Assembly (NCBI GenBank): GCA_965214605.1
Contig: OZ243961.1
Span: 2,016,001-2,080,000, forward strand
Source: an uncultured Candidatus Binatia bacterium
Lineage (GTDB): Bacteria; Desulfobacterota; Binatia; Bin18
DNA: 64,000 bases
Reading direction: 5' to 3'
In this document: one piece after another, positions 49,686 through 58,519 of the stretch
Numbering within the stretch: the stretch's first letter is position 1
Layout of the letters: each line of letters starts with the position of its first letter
Program-made: the position numbers and the translations under genes
The notes under the pieces: generated by a model
What the model was told of the DNA's origin: nothing
What the model saw: the letters and a program-made list of their open reading frames with translations, nothing else
Databases searched by the model: none

Positions 49686-52600
49686 TGGCCTTGGTTGATC
49701 GTGTCCATATCGCCCGACGCTTCCAGCGTGCGATCCGTATCGACACAGACCTTGCCGACTCAGCAGCTCTGCAGGGGTTCATCTGCCCGCCATCCTCCGC
49801 CAATATCCTCAAGACCATGGCGCGCCACGTTGCCGAGAATGGTCAAGGTGCCTTTACCTGGACTGGCCCTTATGGCAGCGGCAAATCAAGCTTGGCCGTG
49901 GCTTTCAGTGCCCTCCTCAACGGGGACGACGCTCTGAGGGACTATGCGGCCTCGGTTCTCGGCGAAAGGACGGCTGCTGCTGTCTGGGACGCGCTGCCGA
50001 CCCGCAACAAGGGCTGGCGCGTTCTGCCCGTTGTCGGTCGGCGCGACCGCCCAGCCCAGGTGCTTGGCGAAGCCATAGCGGCAGCCGGACTTTTGGCCGG
50101 TAAGGCTCCCCCCCCCCCCCCCAATTCTGGGAGCGAACAGCACACGCTGGAATGCCTCCAAAATCTCGCAGCACGGTATCCACGTGCCAGCGGTGGATTG
50201 TTGGTATTCATCGACGAGATGGGCAAGTTTCTGGAGGCAGCCGCTTACGACGGGACCGATATCTACTTCTTTCAGCAGCTTGCCGAGCTAGCTTCGCGCA
50301 GCAACAAGCGGCTCATCGTCGTCGGTATTCTCCATCAGGCGTTTGAAGAGTACGCCCATCGCTTGGCGCACGAGATGCGTGACGAGTGGGCGAAGATTCA
50401 GGGCCGGTTTGTGGACCTCGCTGTCAACATTAGCGGGGACGAACAGATTGCTCTTCTGAGCCGTGCTATCAAGAGCGACCGTGGGCCGGAGAAGCCGAGC
50501 CCCCTGGCCGAAGGCGTAGCCGCGCTGCGCAGACAGACGTCTCCACCCCTGGCGCAAATACTGGAAGACTGTTGGCCACTTCATCCCATAGTGGCCTGTC
50601 TGCTGGGCCCTCTGTCGCGGCGCCGATTTGGCCAGAACCAACGCAGCATCTTCGGGTTTCTCAATTCCACCGAACCGCAGGGCTTTCGAGACTTTCTGCG
50701 CTCCGCAGGTGACAGCGATCTCTATGCCCCCGACCGCCTGTGGGACTATTTGCGCATCAATCTGGAATCTTCCATCCTGTCCTCACCCGACGGCCACCGC
50801 TGGGCCTTGGCAGCGGATGTCCTGGAACGGTGTGAAGCCGTGGGTGGTGAGGAATTGCATCTGAGGCTGCTCAAGGCCATCGCGTTGGTGGATTTGCTGA
50901 AAGACCGCTCCGGCTTAGTCGCAAACCTTGATCTCCTGAAACATGCGTTGCCCGACTGTGGCTCGGAAGAGATCGGACAGGCCCTGGCAAAGCTGCAAGA
51001 CCAGGCGCTGATTATCTTTCGCAAGTTTAACAACGCCTATGCCGTCTTTGAGGGCAGTGACTTCGACATTGAGCACGCGGTAGAGCAGGCTTTGACGACC
51101 ATCAGCGAGGTAGACTTTGCCAGGCTCAACGCCCTTGCCGATCTGCAACCCATTGTGGCCAAGCGCCATTACCATGCCACAGGCACGCTACGGTGGTTTG
51201 ACGTAGCTCTTCTGCCATTAGTCGCAGTCGAACAGGCTGCGGCCAACTACACTCCTCAGCACGGCGCCGTCGGGGTCTTCTTCCTCGCGATTCCGACCCA
51301 GGGCGAAGGAGACCAGAAGATTGAACATATATGCCGCCGTGCGCTAGAGGGGTCTCAGGACTGGGACATTGTGGTTGGCTTGCCGCAGGACGCTTGGGAC
51401 ATCACGTCTCTTGCGCGGGAGCTGCTGGCCCTGGAGCAGGTCAGCGACGAGACACCTGAATTGCAAGGCGACCAAGTTGCGCGGCGCGAGGTTGAAGCCC
51501 GCATCGTGTTGCTCCAAGGGCGGCTGGAAAGCGAACTGACCCGCGCGTCCAACAACGCGCTCTGGTATCGGAGACACCACCGTGCCGAGCCGCTTACACG
51601 GGCTGAGCTTAACAGCCTGGCATCTGAATTGGCAGACGCGCGCTTTAAGAAATCGCCGCGCTTACATAACGAGCTTTTGAACCGCAGCAAACCGTCGAGG
51701 AATGGGGCGGCCGCGCGGAATACGTTGCTGCGGAGAATGGTCCTCAACGAAGGCGAAGCGCGCCTTGGTATTGAGGGCTTTCCCGCTGAGGGCGGGCTGT
51801 TCGCATCGCTGCTAGAGGCGACCGGGCTGTACCGAAGAACGGTTCAGGGCTGGACCTTTGTCGCGCCCACGGCCAATGACGAAGATACGCGCAACCTTGG
51901 GCCGGCTTGGCAAGCGGCAACGAAGCTTCTGGAAAACAATGCGGACCGCACGGTATCAGCCGCCGAGGTATACGATACCTGGCGTCGGGCGCCGTTCGGT
52001 ATCAAAGACGGGCTGTTACCGGTACTGATGGTAGCATTCATCCTGTCGCACCGTCGCGATCTGGCCTTCTATCGTCAGGGCATCTTTCAGGCGCGTATGT
52101 CTGATCTGGACATGGATTACCTCGTCAAAGACCCGGCCGACATTCAGCTACGCTGGATGGACCTTTCGGATGCGTCGCGTCGGCTTCTTTCCGACATGGC
52201 AGCCATCGTTCGCGAGCTGGACGAGGAAAATGCGTTGACTAACCTGGAGCCCATTGATGTGGCCAGAGGGTTGGTGGCGATCTATGACCGGCTGCCACCG
52301 TGGGTGTCCCGCACGCAGCAGCTTTCCGCTAATGCGAAACAGGTCCGGCAGTTATTCAAGCAGGCCAACGACCCGAACAAGCTGATTTTTGACGACATCC
52401 CCAACCTGCTGGGCGGCGGGACCGCTATCCACGAAGGCGACGCCCTGTGTCGAATCGTAGAGCAGGTGCGCGAGGGACTGAGAGAACTGCGCGACGCCTA
52501 CCCCTCAAGGCTATACCGTCTGCGGGAAACGCTGCTGGCCGAGCTGGAAGTACCAAATGCCTCGCCCCCAATGCTGGCTGAACTACACGACCGTGCTGAG

Positions 52601-53083
52601 AACGTCCGTCAACTAGGCGGCGATCACCGCTTGGAAGCCTTCATCGTCCGACTTGGGCAGTTTCAGGGCAGCAATGAAGAGATGGAGAGCCTAGCCAGTA
52701 TGGCGACCAATAAGCCGGCCCGAAACTGGGTGGACGCTGATATTGACCGGGCAGCGGTTGAGTTGGCGCAAATGGCGCAGCAATTCATTCGCGCGGAAGT
52801 CTTCGCCCATGTCAAGGGACGGCCGGACAAACGACACGCCATGGCCGTAGTGGTGAGTATGGACGGCCGACCGACACCGGTCCATGACGAGTTTGACATC
52901 ACCGACCTGGAACGGGGAAAGGTAGACACACTGATCGACCAGGTAGATGCCGCTCTCAATCACAGCGGCGAAAAACGGCGGAACATCATCCTGGCCGCTC
53001 TGGCCGAGCTGAGCGCCCGGTATCTCAGGGCTGCAGCGGATACCCCGGCCAAGAGCCTGGGCAAGAAGTGGGAGGCGTCGTGA
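49685..53083 (+). CDS. sspC: SspC-type large ATPase
   Basis: RFQRAIRIDTD, Walker A GPYGSGKS, Walker B FIDEMGKFLE, EWAKIQGRF, WPLHP, FGQNQRSIF; lies between DUF4007 and PAPS reductase genes. Confidence 0.88.
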   Translation: MALVDRVHIARRFQRAIRIDTDLADSAALQGFICPPSSANILKTMARHVAENGQGAFTWTGPYGSGKSSLAVAFSALLNGDDALRDYAASVLGERTAAAVWDALPTRNKGWRVLPVVGRRDRPAQVLGEAIAAAGLLAGKAPPPPPNSGSEQHTLECLQNLAARYPRASGGLLVFIDEMGKFLEAAAYDGTDIYFFQQLAELASRSNKRLIVVGILHQAFEEYAHRLAHEMRDEWAKIQGRFVDLAVNISGDEQIALLSRAIKSDRGPEKPSPLAEGVAALRRQTSPPLAQILEDCWPLHPIVACLLGPLSRRRFGQNQRSIFGFLNSTEPQGFRDFLRSAGDSDLYAPDRLWDYLRINLESSILSSPDGHRWALAADVLERCEAVGGEELHLRLLKAIALVDLLKDRSGLVANLDLLKHALPDCGSEEIGQALAKLQDQALIIFRKFNNAYAVFEGSDFDIEHAVEQALTTISEVDFARLNALADLQPIVAKRHYHATGTLRWFDVALLPLVAVEQAAANYTPQHGAVGVFFLAIPTQGEGDQKIEHICRRALEGSQDWDIVVGLPQDAWDITSLARELLALEQVSDETPELQGDQVARREVEARIVLLQGRLESELTRASNNALWYRRHHRAEPLTRAELNSLASELADARFKKSPRLHNELLNRSKPSRNGAAARNTLLRRMVLNEGEARLGIEGFPAEGGLFASLLEATGLYRRTVQGWTFVAPTANDEDTRNLGPAWQAATKLLENNADRTVSAAEVYDTWRRAPFGIKDGLLPVLMVAFILSHRRDLAFYRQGIFQARMSDLDMDYLVKDPADIQLRWMDLSDASRRLLSDMAAIVRELDEENALTNLEPIDVARGLVAIYDRLPPWVSRTQQLSANAKQVRQLFKQANDPNKLIFDDIPNLLGGGTAIHEGDALCRIVEQVREGLRELRDAYPSRLYRLRETLLAELEVPNASPPMLAELHDRAENVRQLGGDHRLEAFIVRLGQFQGSNEEMESLASMATNKPARNWVDADIDRAAVELAQMAQQFIRAEVFAHVKGRPDKRHAMAVVVSMDGRPTPVHDEFDITDLERGKVDTLIDQVDAALNHSGEKRRNIILAALAELSARYLRAAADTPAKSLGKKWEAS
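50108..50122 (+). repeat. C15 homopolymer inside sspC (in frame, Pro5)
   Basis: GCT-C15-AAT. Confidence 0.9.
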
Positions 53084-53094
53084 GGAGGGCGGAG

Positions 53095-53922
53095 ATGGAA
53101 CGGCATGTGCTCGGACTGTCCGGCGGGCGCGACAGCGCAGCGCTCGCGGTCTACATGCGGGAGAATCATCCTGAGCTGGCTATTGACTACTTTTTTACCG
53201 ATACTGGCAAGGAGCTGCCGGAGGTATACGAGTTCCTGGTCAAGCTCGAAGGCTTCCTGGGCAAACCCATCCTACGCTTGAACCCGGATCGGGATTTCGA
53301 CTTCTGGCTCAAGCAGTACAACAACTTTCTGCCCTCACCGCAGACACGCTGGTGTACGCGCCAACTCAAACTTCGGCCGTTCGAGCAGTGGATTCGGCCC
53401 TTCTTGGACGACGGAGATCGCGTCTACAGCTATGTGGCTATCCGCGCGGACGAGGAATACCGCGAGGGCTATGCCTCAAAGCACGCTCACCTTACGGTGC
53501 GGCTACCCTTCAAGGAGGCTGGTATCGACAAATCGGGTGTCCTGGAGATTTTGGAGGGTACGGGCCTCGGCTTGCCCGAGTACTACGAATGGCGGACCCG
53601 TAGCGGCTGCACGTTTTGCTTCTTCCAACAAAAGATTGAGTGGGTGCGGCTGAGAGAGCGCCATCCGGACTACTTTGAGGAAGCCAAGGCGTATGAGAAA
53701 GACGCGGTCGAGCACGGCTCGCCTTTCACCTGGAGCCAAGGTGAATCGTTGGAGGAGCTTTCCAAACCCGAGCGTATGAGGCAGATCAGAGCGGACCACG
53801 AACGGCGGGTTGCTCGTATGCGGTCCAAGGTTCGGCCTAATCCGCTCAGGCCGGATAGTGAGCCTTTGGATATTGATGATCTTTACGGTCAGGCAAAGGT
53901 TTGTCTTGCATGCCACAAATGA
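53095..53922 (+). CDS. sspD: PAPS-reductase family protein SspD
   Basis: PP-loop LSGGRDS, DTGKE, RWCT, RSGCTFCFFQ, terminal CLACHK; alternative GTG at 53080 overlaps the sspC stop. Confidence 0.9.
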   Translation: MERHVLGLSGGRDSAALAVYMRENHPELAIDYFFTDTGKELPEVYEFLVKLEGFLGKPILRLNPDRDFDFWLKQYNNFLPSPQTRWCTRQLKLRPFEQWIRPFLDDGDRVYSYVAIRADEEYREGYASKHAHLTVRLPFKEAGIDKSGVLEILEGTGLGLPEYYEWRTRSGCTFCFFQQKIEWVRLRERHPDYFEEAKAYEKDAVEHGSPFTWSQGESLEELSKPERMRQIRADHERRVARMRSKVRPNPLRPDSEPLDIDDLYGQAKVCLACHK

Positions 53923-56051
53923 CAAGATTGACCCCATCTTCAGCAACCGAAAAATCCTCGAACGCTGCACAATTGGCTCCCTGGGGCCGCTCCCCAACGC
54001 CTCTCCTGCCGTGTTGGTATCGTGAGATGCTCTCCGAGTTCCGGCTCCCTAAAGCAGTGAGGAGGGCCAATTCAGCGGTTGCGACAGTCGGCGAGCTCAA
54101 TACGTTCTGGAAGGAAGCACGGTCACCGCTTGACCATAAGGGCCTCCTTTCTCTGGTGGAGCTTGTTGGCCGCCATCGTCCTCCGCAGGACTATGTCGTC
54201 ATTCCTGCAGAGATTGATCACCGTGAGATCGCCCAGTATCCGCTGCGGACACGAACGGCCAATATCCTCCGCCGAGAGGGCTTGCTTGAGGGGCATAGCG
54301 TCCTCTCGGTGGGTGAATTGCTGTCACTTAGGGGCTTCGGTATTCTCTCTCTCCTGGATATCATGTGCGTTGCTGAACTCGCGCTGACAGGACGAGTCTC
54401 ACCGTTTGCCGCCCCTAGAGCTGAGAGCATCGACGGTGAAGAACCAAGCCCGCAGTTTGCCACCCCTAGAGCTGAGAGCATCGACGGCGAAGAACCAAAG
54501 CCGGAGACGAGTGCTTGGAGCAGTGCAGTCGAATTATTTAAGCCGCTGCTCGCCGCTGCCCGCGAGTTCTACGGAGCTGGAACCGTGGGCGATGCATTGC
54601 GCTTGGACCTCTCTGGGCTCGCCGCAACGATCGGAGTTGCGCCGGCTCTCGAGTCCCTCCCAATCCAGGATCTGACAACTCGCCGCATATCCAACACTGT
54701 GACCGAACGGCTTGCATCGCTGCTGGCATCAATGTCGGCAACGCGGAAGCTGATTCTCGAACAGCGAATCTTCGTGCCCAGTCCCCGTACGCTCCAGGAG
54801 CTGGCAGAACAGATCGGAGTCACAAGAGAACGTGTAAGGCAGCTCGAGGTACGAGTGTTGGACACCGTCGAGGACGCTGTTGGATCCGAGATCAGCATTC
54901 TCGCAACCCTCCTTATCGAGCAGCTAGATCCTCTCATCACATCTGCCGAATTCGAACGTTTGGTCGCCGATGTGTTCGCCGATGGCTCGCCGATGGAACC
55001 AGCGAGCCATCTAGCCTGTCGGATGCTCAAATCCCGGCTCAATTACTCGTGTGCCGCTGGTATCTGTTTCAACGAGGCTGCAACTGCCGTCGTTGCGGCA
55101 CTACGGGAGAGGGCTGGCGAGGTTGCCGACGATGTGGGCCTGATTGACGAGGAAGCCTTGTGTGATCCTTTCCTAGAAGAGTGGAACGGCTACATTTCGC
55201 AACTTATTGAGCTATGTGAGCTTCATAGGATCGGGGGTCGTCTCGCGCTAAGAGACACCAGTAAAGCACGAGTCAAAGCTGCGCTTCTCAATATTGGACA
55301 AGCAGCTACAAAAGAGGAGATAGCGGCAGTCTGCGGGCTTGATCCTCCCCGGGTCGGCGGCCACCTTTCCGTGATCCCTACAGTGGTCAGGGTGGACAAG
55401 ACCCGTTGGGGGCTCGCCGAATGGACCGACGACGCATACCAAGGCATCCCGGCCGAGATCATTCAGCGGATCAACGAAGACGGAGGGACCACCCCTCTTC
55501 AGAGGCTCCTTGATGAGCTGCCGAGACTATTCCAAGTGAAGGAATCCAGCGTCCGAGCTTATGTCGGTGCGCCACAGTTCACACTCTCCGACGGTTACGT
55601 CAGTTTAGCCAACGAGTCGTCAATCACCCTCCGCGATCTCGACGATGTCATCGATGGTCGTGACGCGTCCGGTAACCCATATTGGACGTTTCTCGTTGAG
55701 AACCGTTACCTTGATGGACATAGTCTTGTGGGCTTCCCGCCGGAGCTGGCCCGGGAACTTGGCTGTGAGCCCAACGATAAGACACAGGCACTCGTGACCT
55801 ATCCGGAAGGCAGCAGCGCACTGTCTGTTGTCTGGCGGCTCGCTTCGCTTACGGGTGCCAGCCTGGGACATCTCGCTGATCCGCTCCGACGACTCGGGGT
55901 GAGCGGTGGAGATCGCGTTTGCCTGGTCATCAAAGGTCCTGGTGTCATCGACCTGCGCCGGGAGAGCATAACGGTGTCGGTGGAGGAAAGCTCCGACACG
56001 GCGGCGGATTCTTTGCTTGCACGCATGAAGAACCGCCGGAGGGTGATATAA
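53919..56051 (+). CDS. Multidomain protein: RNAP alphaCTD-like HhH + sigma70 region-4-like HTH + further putative HTHs
   Basis: LRTRTANILRREG..ELLSLRGFGILSLLDI; ILEQRIF..RTLQELAEQIGVTRERVRQLE; ATG overlaps the sspD stop (ATGA). Confidence 0.75.
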   Translation: MTRLTPSSATEKSSNAAQLAPWGRSPTPLLPCWYREMLSEFRLPKAVRRANSAVATVGELNTFWKEARSPLDHKGLLSLVELVGRHRPPQDYVVIPAEIDHREIAQYPLRTRTANILRREGLLEGHSVLSVGELLSLRGFGILSLLDIMCVAELALTGRVSPFAAPRAESIDGEEPSPQFATPRAESIDGEEPKPETSAWSSAVELFKPLLAAAREFYGAGTVGDALRLDLSGLAATIGVAPALESLPIQDLTTRRISNTVTERLASLLASMSATRKLILEQRIFVPSPRTLQELAEQIGVTRERVRQLEVRVLDTVEDAVGSEISILATLLIEQLDPLITSAEFERLVADVFADGSPMEPASHLACRMLKSRLNYSCAAGICFNEAATAVVAALRERAGEVADDVGLIDEEALCDPFLEEWNGYISQLIELCELHRIGGRLALRDTSKARVKAALLNIGQAATKEEIAAVCGLDPPRVGGHLSVIPTVVRVDKTRWGLAEWTDDAYQGIPAEIIQRINEDGGTTPLQRLLDELPRLFQVKESSVRAYVGAPQFTLSDGYVSLANESSITLRDLDDVIDGRDASGNPYWTFLVENRYLDGHSLVGFPPELARELGCEPNDKTQALVTYPEGSSALSVVWRLASLTGASLGHLADPLRRLGVSGGDRVCLVIKGPGVIDLRRESITVSVEESSDTAADSLLARMKNRRRVI
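54404..54498 (+). repeat. 51-bp in-frame tandem duplication
   Basis: GTTTGCC[G/A]CCCCTAGAGCTGAGAGCATCGACGG[T/C]GAAGAACCAA at 54404 and 54455; encodes FAAPRAESIDGEEP / FATPRAESIDGEEP. Confidence 0.9.
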
Positions 56052-56052
56052 C

Positions 56053-58302
56053 GTGCTCGCCGACGAACCTACACTTCGCCCAGGGCTTTATCGGTTACCT
56101 GACCATCCAGTCGGACCGAGCGTTTTCATCCCTGCGTTTCGATCCGCCACATCCATCCGGGGTGCGTTTGGCTGGTTCACGTCCGGCTGGATAGCAAGAC
56201 TAGCTCCTGGGCTTGCCGAGTACCTCAATCGCCACGATACAACGCCAATTGACTTCACCGTTGCACCGGCTCTCTTCGCCGCAGAGCGAGCAGTCATCGA
56301 ACAGGCTTATAGCATGTCGGAAGAAGAGGCAGCACGACGGGTCGCTGACGTGTTCGTTGACGGCCGAGTTAAGGCCTCAGCACTTGGTCGCCACGCTTTG
56401 GATTGCCTGGCCTGGATGGTTGCCACTAGACGGCTGCATCTTCGCATCGCCGTCCCAAAGGCAGCAGCAAACTACCATCCCAAGATTTGGCTATTTGACG
56501 ATGGCACCCACCAAGTCCTTGCTCGCGGCTCCGGCAATGCTACCGGGCGTGGGGTCGCCTCCGGTGTCGAACACCTCGATGTTGATGTCACATGGTTCGA
56601 CTACAGTCGCGCTCGTGTTCGAGACGGCGTTGAAATCCTCAACGATTGGGCACAAGGACGTAGCGACGGAATTGAGCGCGTAGTCGAACTCCCTGAAGCC
56701 CTGGAACAGAACATCGTTTACACCGCTCCAGAGATCGCACCGAGTCAAGCCGATTACATCAGGGCAGCGAGCGAGGACGGGAACCCGGCGTGGGCGGTCG
56801 ATCGGACCGAATCGTTACGGAAACGGTTTGCGCCAATGCGCTCTGCAGAACTCCCTCGCCTAACGATTCCCAGGGGATTAGAGTGGCAACAGGGTCCCTA
56901 CGCCCATCAAAACGAGGCGGTTACGGCCTGGGAATCAGATCCAAATCCCGAACAGGGTACGATCTCCATGGCAACTGGAGCAGGCAAGACGCTCACGGCA
57001 CTGATATGCGCTACTCGTGTACAAGATCGCCTCTCTGATAAGCCCCTACTCATTATTATCTCGGCACCATCCATCCCGCTCGTCGTTCAGTGGCGAGAGG
57101 AGGTTAAGAGATTCGGAATTCATGCCACTGTCCCGAGCCTCGAACCTAACACCGACTTCGCTATAACCAACCTGTTTCGAGGTCTCGTCTCAGGCGGAAC
57201 CCATATAGCAATCGTAACCAATAACCTCCTCTGCTCGCCGGCATTTCAATCCACCGTGGCGCTCAAGATCAGACGCGCCAACTCTTCGGTCCAGACAATG
57301 TTCATCGCTGACGAGGCCCACACACTCGGCGCAGACGGATTCATCTCGAACAAGCCGGACTTCTTCGAGCGACGACTTGCCCTTTCAGCTACCCCCGAAC
57401 GTCAGCACGATCCTGACGGTACCGAAGAGATATTCGATTTCTTCGGGCCACCAGTCTACGAGTTTGGACTCGAACGAGCCATTGGATTCTGCCTAGCTCC
57501 ATATAACTACTACGTCCACGCCGCCACTCTCGATGGCGACGAGCTGGACGAGTTCGAGGCCCTCACTGGCCGGATTGGAGCAGCTTTTGGTCGAGACCTC
57601 GACGATGACGACGATACCCTAACTAGCTTGCTGATCGCGAGGAGAAGGATCATCGAAACTGCCCAAGCCAAGCTGTTACTCCTCCGGACAGTGCTCGAAC
57701 AACGCGGCCCACGTTCGCTGGAACAGACGCTGATCTACGCCTCCGCCAAGAATCCTGAGCAATTCGATAACATTGCCGCGACGCTTACCGATCTCGACAT
57801 TAGGTGGGCTCCCGTCACCCAAGATACAACTGCCAACCGACCATTACTCGCTCAGACCCTTGAGACATTTAGTGAGGGTGGCTACCAGGTCCTGTTAGCC
57901 AAGAAAGTCCTTGATGAGGGCATCGATATCCCTAGCATCAGGGAAGCATTCATTGTTGCTTCATCCACAGTTAAACGAGAATGGGTCCAGCGACGAGGCC
58001 GCGTGCTCCGACGCCATCCCGAAAAGCCCTGGGCGATCATTCACGACTTCCTCGCGCTACCACCGACACAAATGCTCCAACCTGAGGAAGAGACAAACAT
58101 GAAGAAGATCATCCGGGTCGAGTTGGACCGCGCCTACTCCTTCGCTGCACATGCGAGGAACGCTGTTGGTGATGAAGGAGTGCTCTCCGATCTCCAGAGG
58201 ATTAGAACCGCCTACTGGCCCGAGGAAGAACGTTCGCCGATCCTGCGGCAAGCCGGTGACAGCATCATCGCTGCTGCAACGCCACGAGGAAAACCATGGT
58301 AA
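56053..58302 (+). CDS. PLD-nuclease + SF2 (DEAH) helicase, PbeA-like
   Basis: GWFTS; YHPKIWLFDD..GSGNAT (HxK motif); MATGAGKT; DEAH; LSATPER; DEGIDIP; QRRGRVLR. Confidence 0.85.
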   Translation: MLADEPTLRPGLYRLPDHPVGPSVFIPAFRSATSIRGAFGWFTSGWIARLAPGLAEYLNRHDTTPIDFTVAPALFAAERAVIEQAYSMSEEEAARRVADVFVDGRVKASALGRHALDCLAWMVATRRLHLRIAVPKAAANYHPKIWLFDDGTHQVLARGSGNATGRGVASGVEHLDVDVTWFDYSRARVRDGVEILNDWAQGRSDGIERVVELPEALEQNIVYTAPEIAPSQADYIRAASEDGNPAWAVDRTESLRKRFAPMRSAELPRLTIPRGLEWQQGPYAHQNEAVTAWESDPNPEQGTISMATGAGKTLTALICATRVQDRLSDKPLLIIISAPSIPLVVQWREEVKRFGIHATVPSLEPNTDFAITNLFRGLVSGGTHIAIVTNNLLCSPAFQSTVALKIRRANSSVQTMFIADEAHTLGADGFISNKPDFFERRLALSATPERQHDPDGTEEIFDFFGPPVYEFGLERAIGFCLAPYNYYVHAATLDGDELDEFEALTGRIGAAFGRDLDDDDDTLTSLLIARRRIIETAQAKLLLLRTVLEQRGPRSLEQTLIYASAKNPEQFDNIAATLTDLDIRWAPVTQDTTANRPLLAQTLETFSEGGYQVLLAKKVLDEGIDIPSIREAFIVASSTVKREWVQRRGRVLRRHPEKPWAIIHDFLALPPTQMLQPEEETNMKKIIRVELDRAYSFAAHARNAVGDEGVLSDLQRIRTAYWPEEERSPILRQAGDSIIAAATPRGKPW

Positions 58303-58517
58303 ACAATTACGATCGTATCTACGCCGAAATTGAGAAGGAAGCACTGCGTTCTTCTCAGGAGCAGAACATTGACTCGGATGTGCTTGTTCGCTTAGTCATG
58401 GAAATCGTGAACCTTGAGGACCAGCACCACACCAAGAATGTTTCGCGCATCAAACAACGCATCGAACAGATGATCCTCACCACAGCGAGGGACCAAATGA
58501 TGCGCGAGGGATTGTAG
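58296..58517 (+). CDS. Small helical protein, PbeB-like position
   Basis: 73 aa, overlaps the helicase stop, RBS GAGG; LVMEIVNLEDQH..RIKQRIEQMI. Confidence 0.75.
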   Translation: MVNNYDRIYAEIEKEALRSSQEQNIDSDVLVRLVMEIVNLEDQHHTKNVSRIKQRIEQMILTTARDQMMREGL

Positions 58518-58519
58518 CG

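Noticed and set aside
48732-53922. BREX type 4 or DndBCDE interpretation
   Set aside because: No PglZ, BrxL, DndB or DndE-like gene seen; desulfurase + DUF4007 + ATPase + short PAPS reductase fits SspABCD
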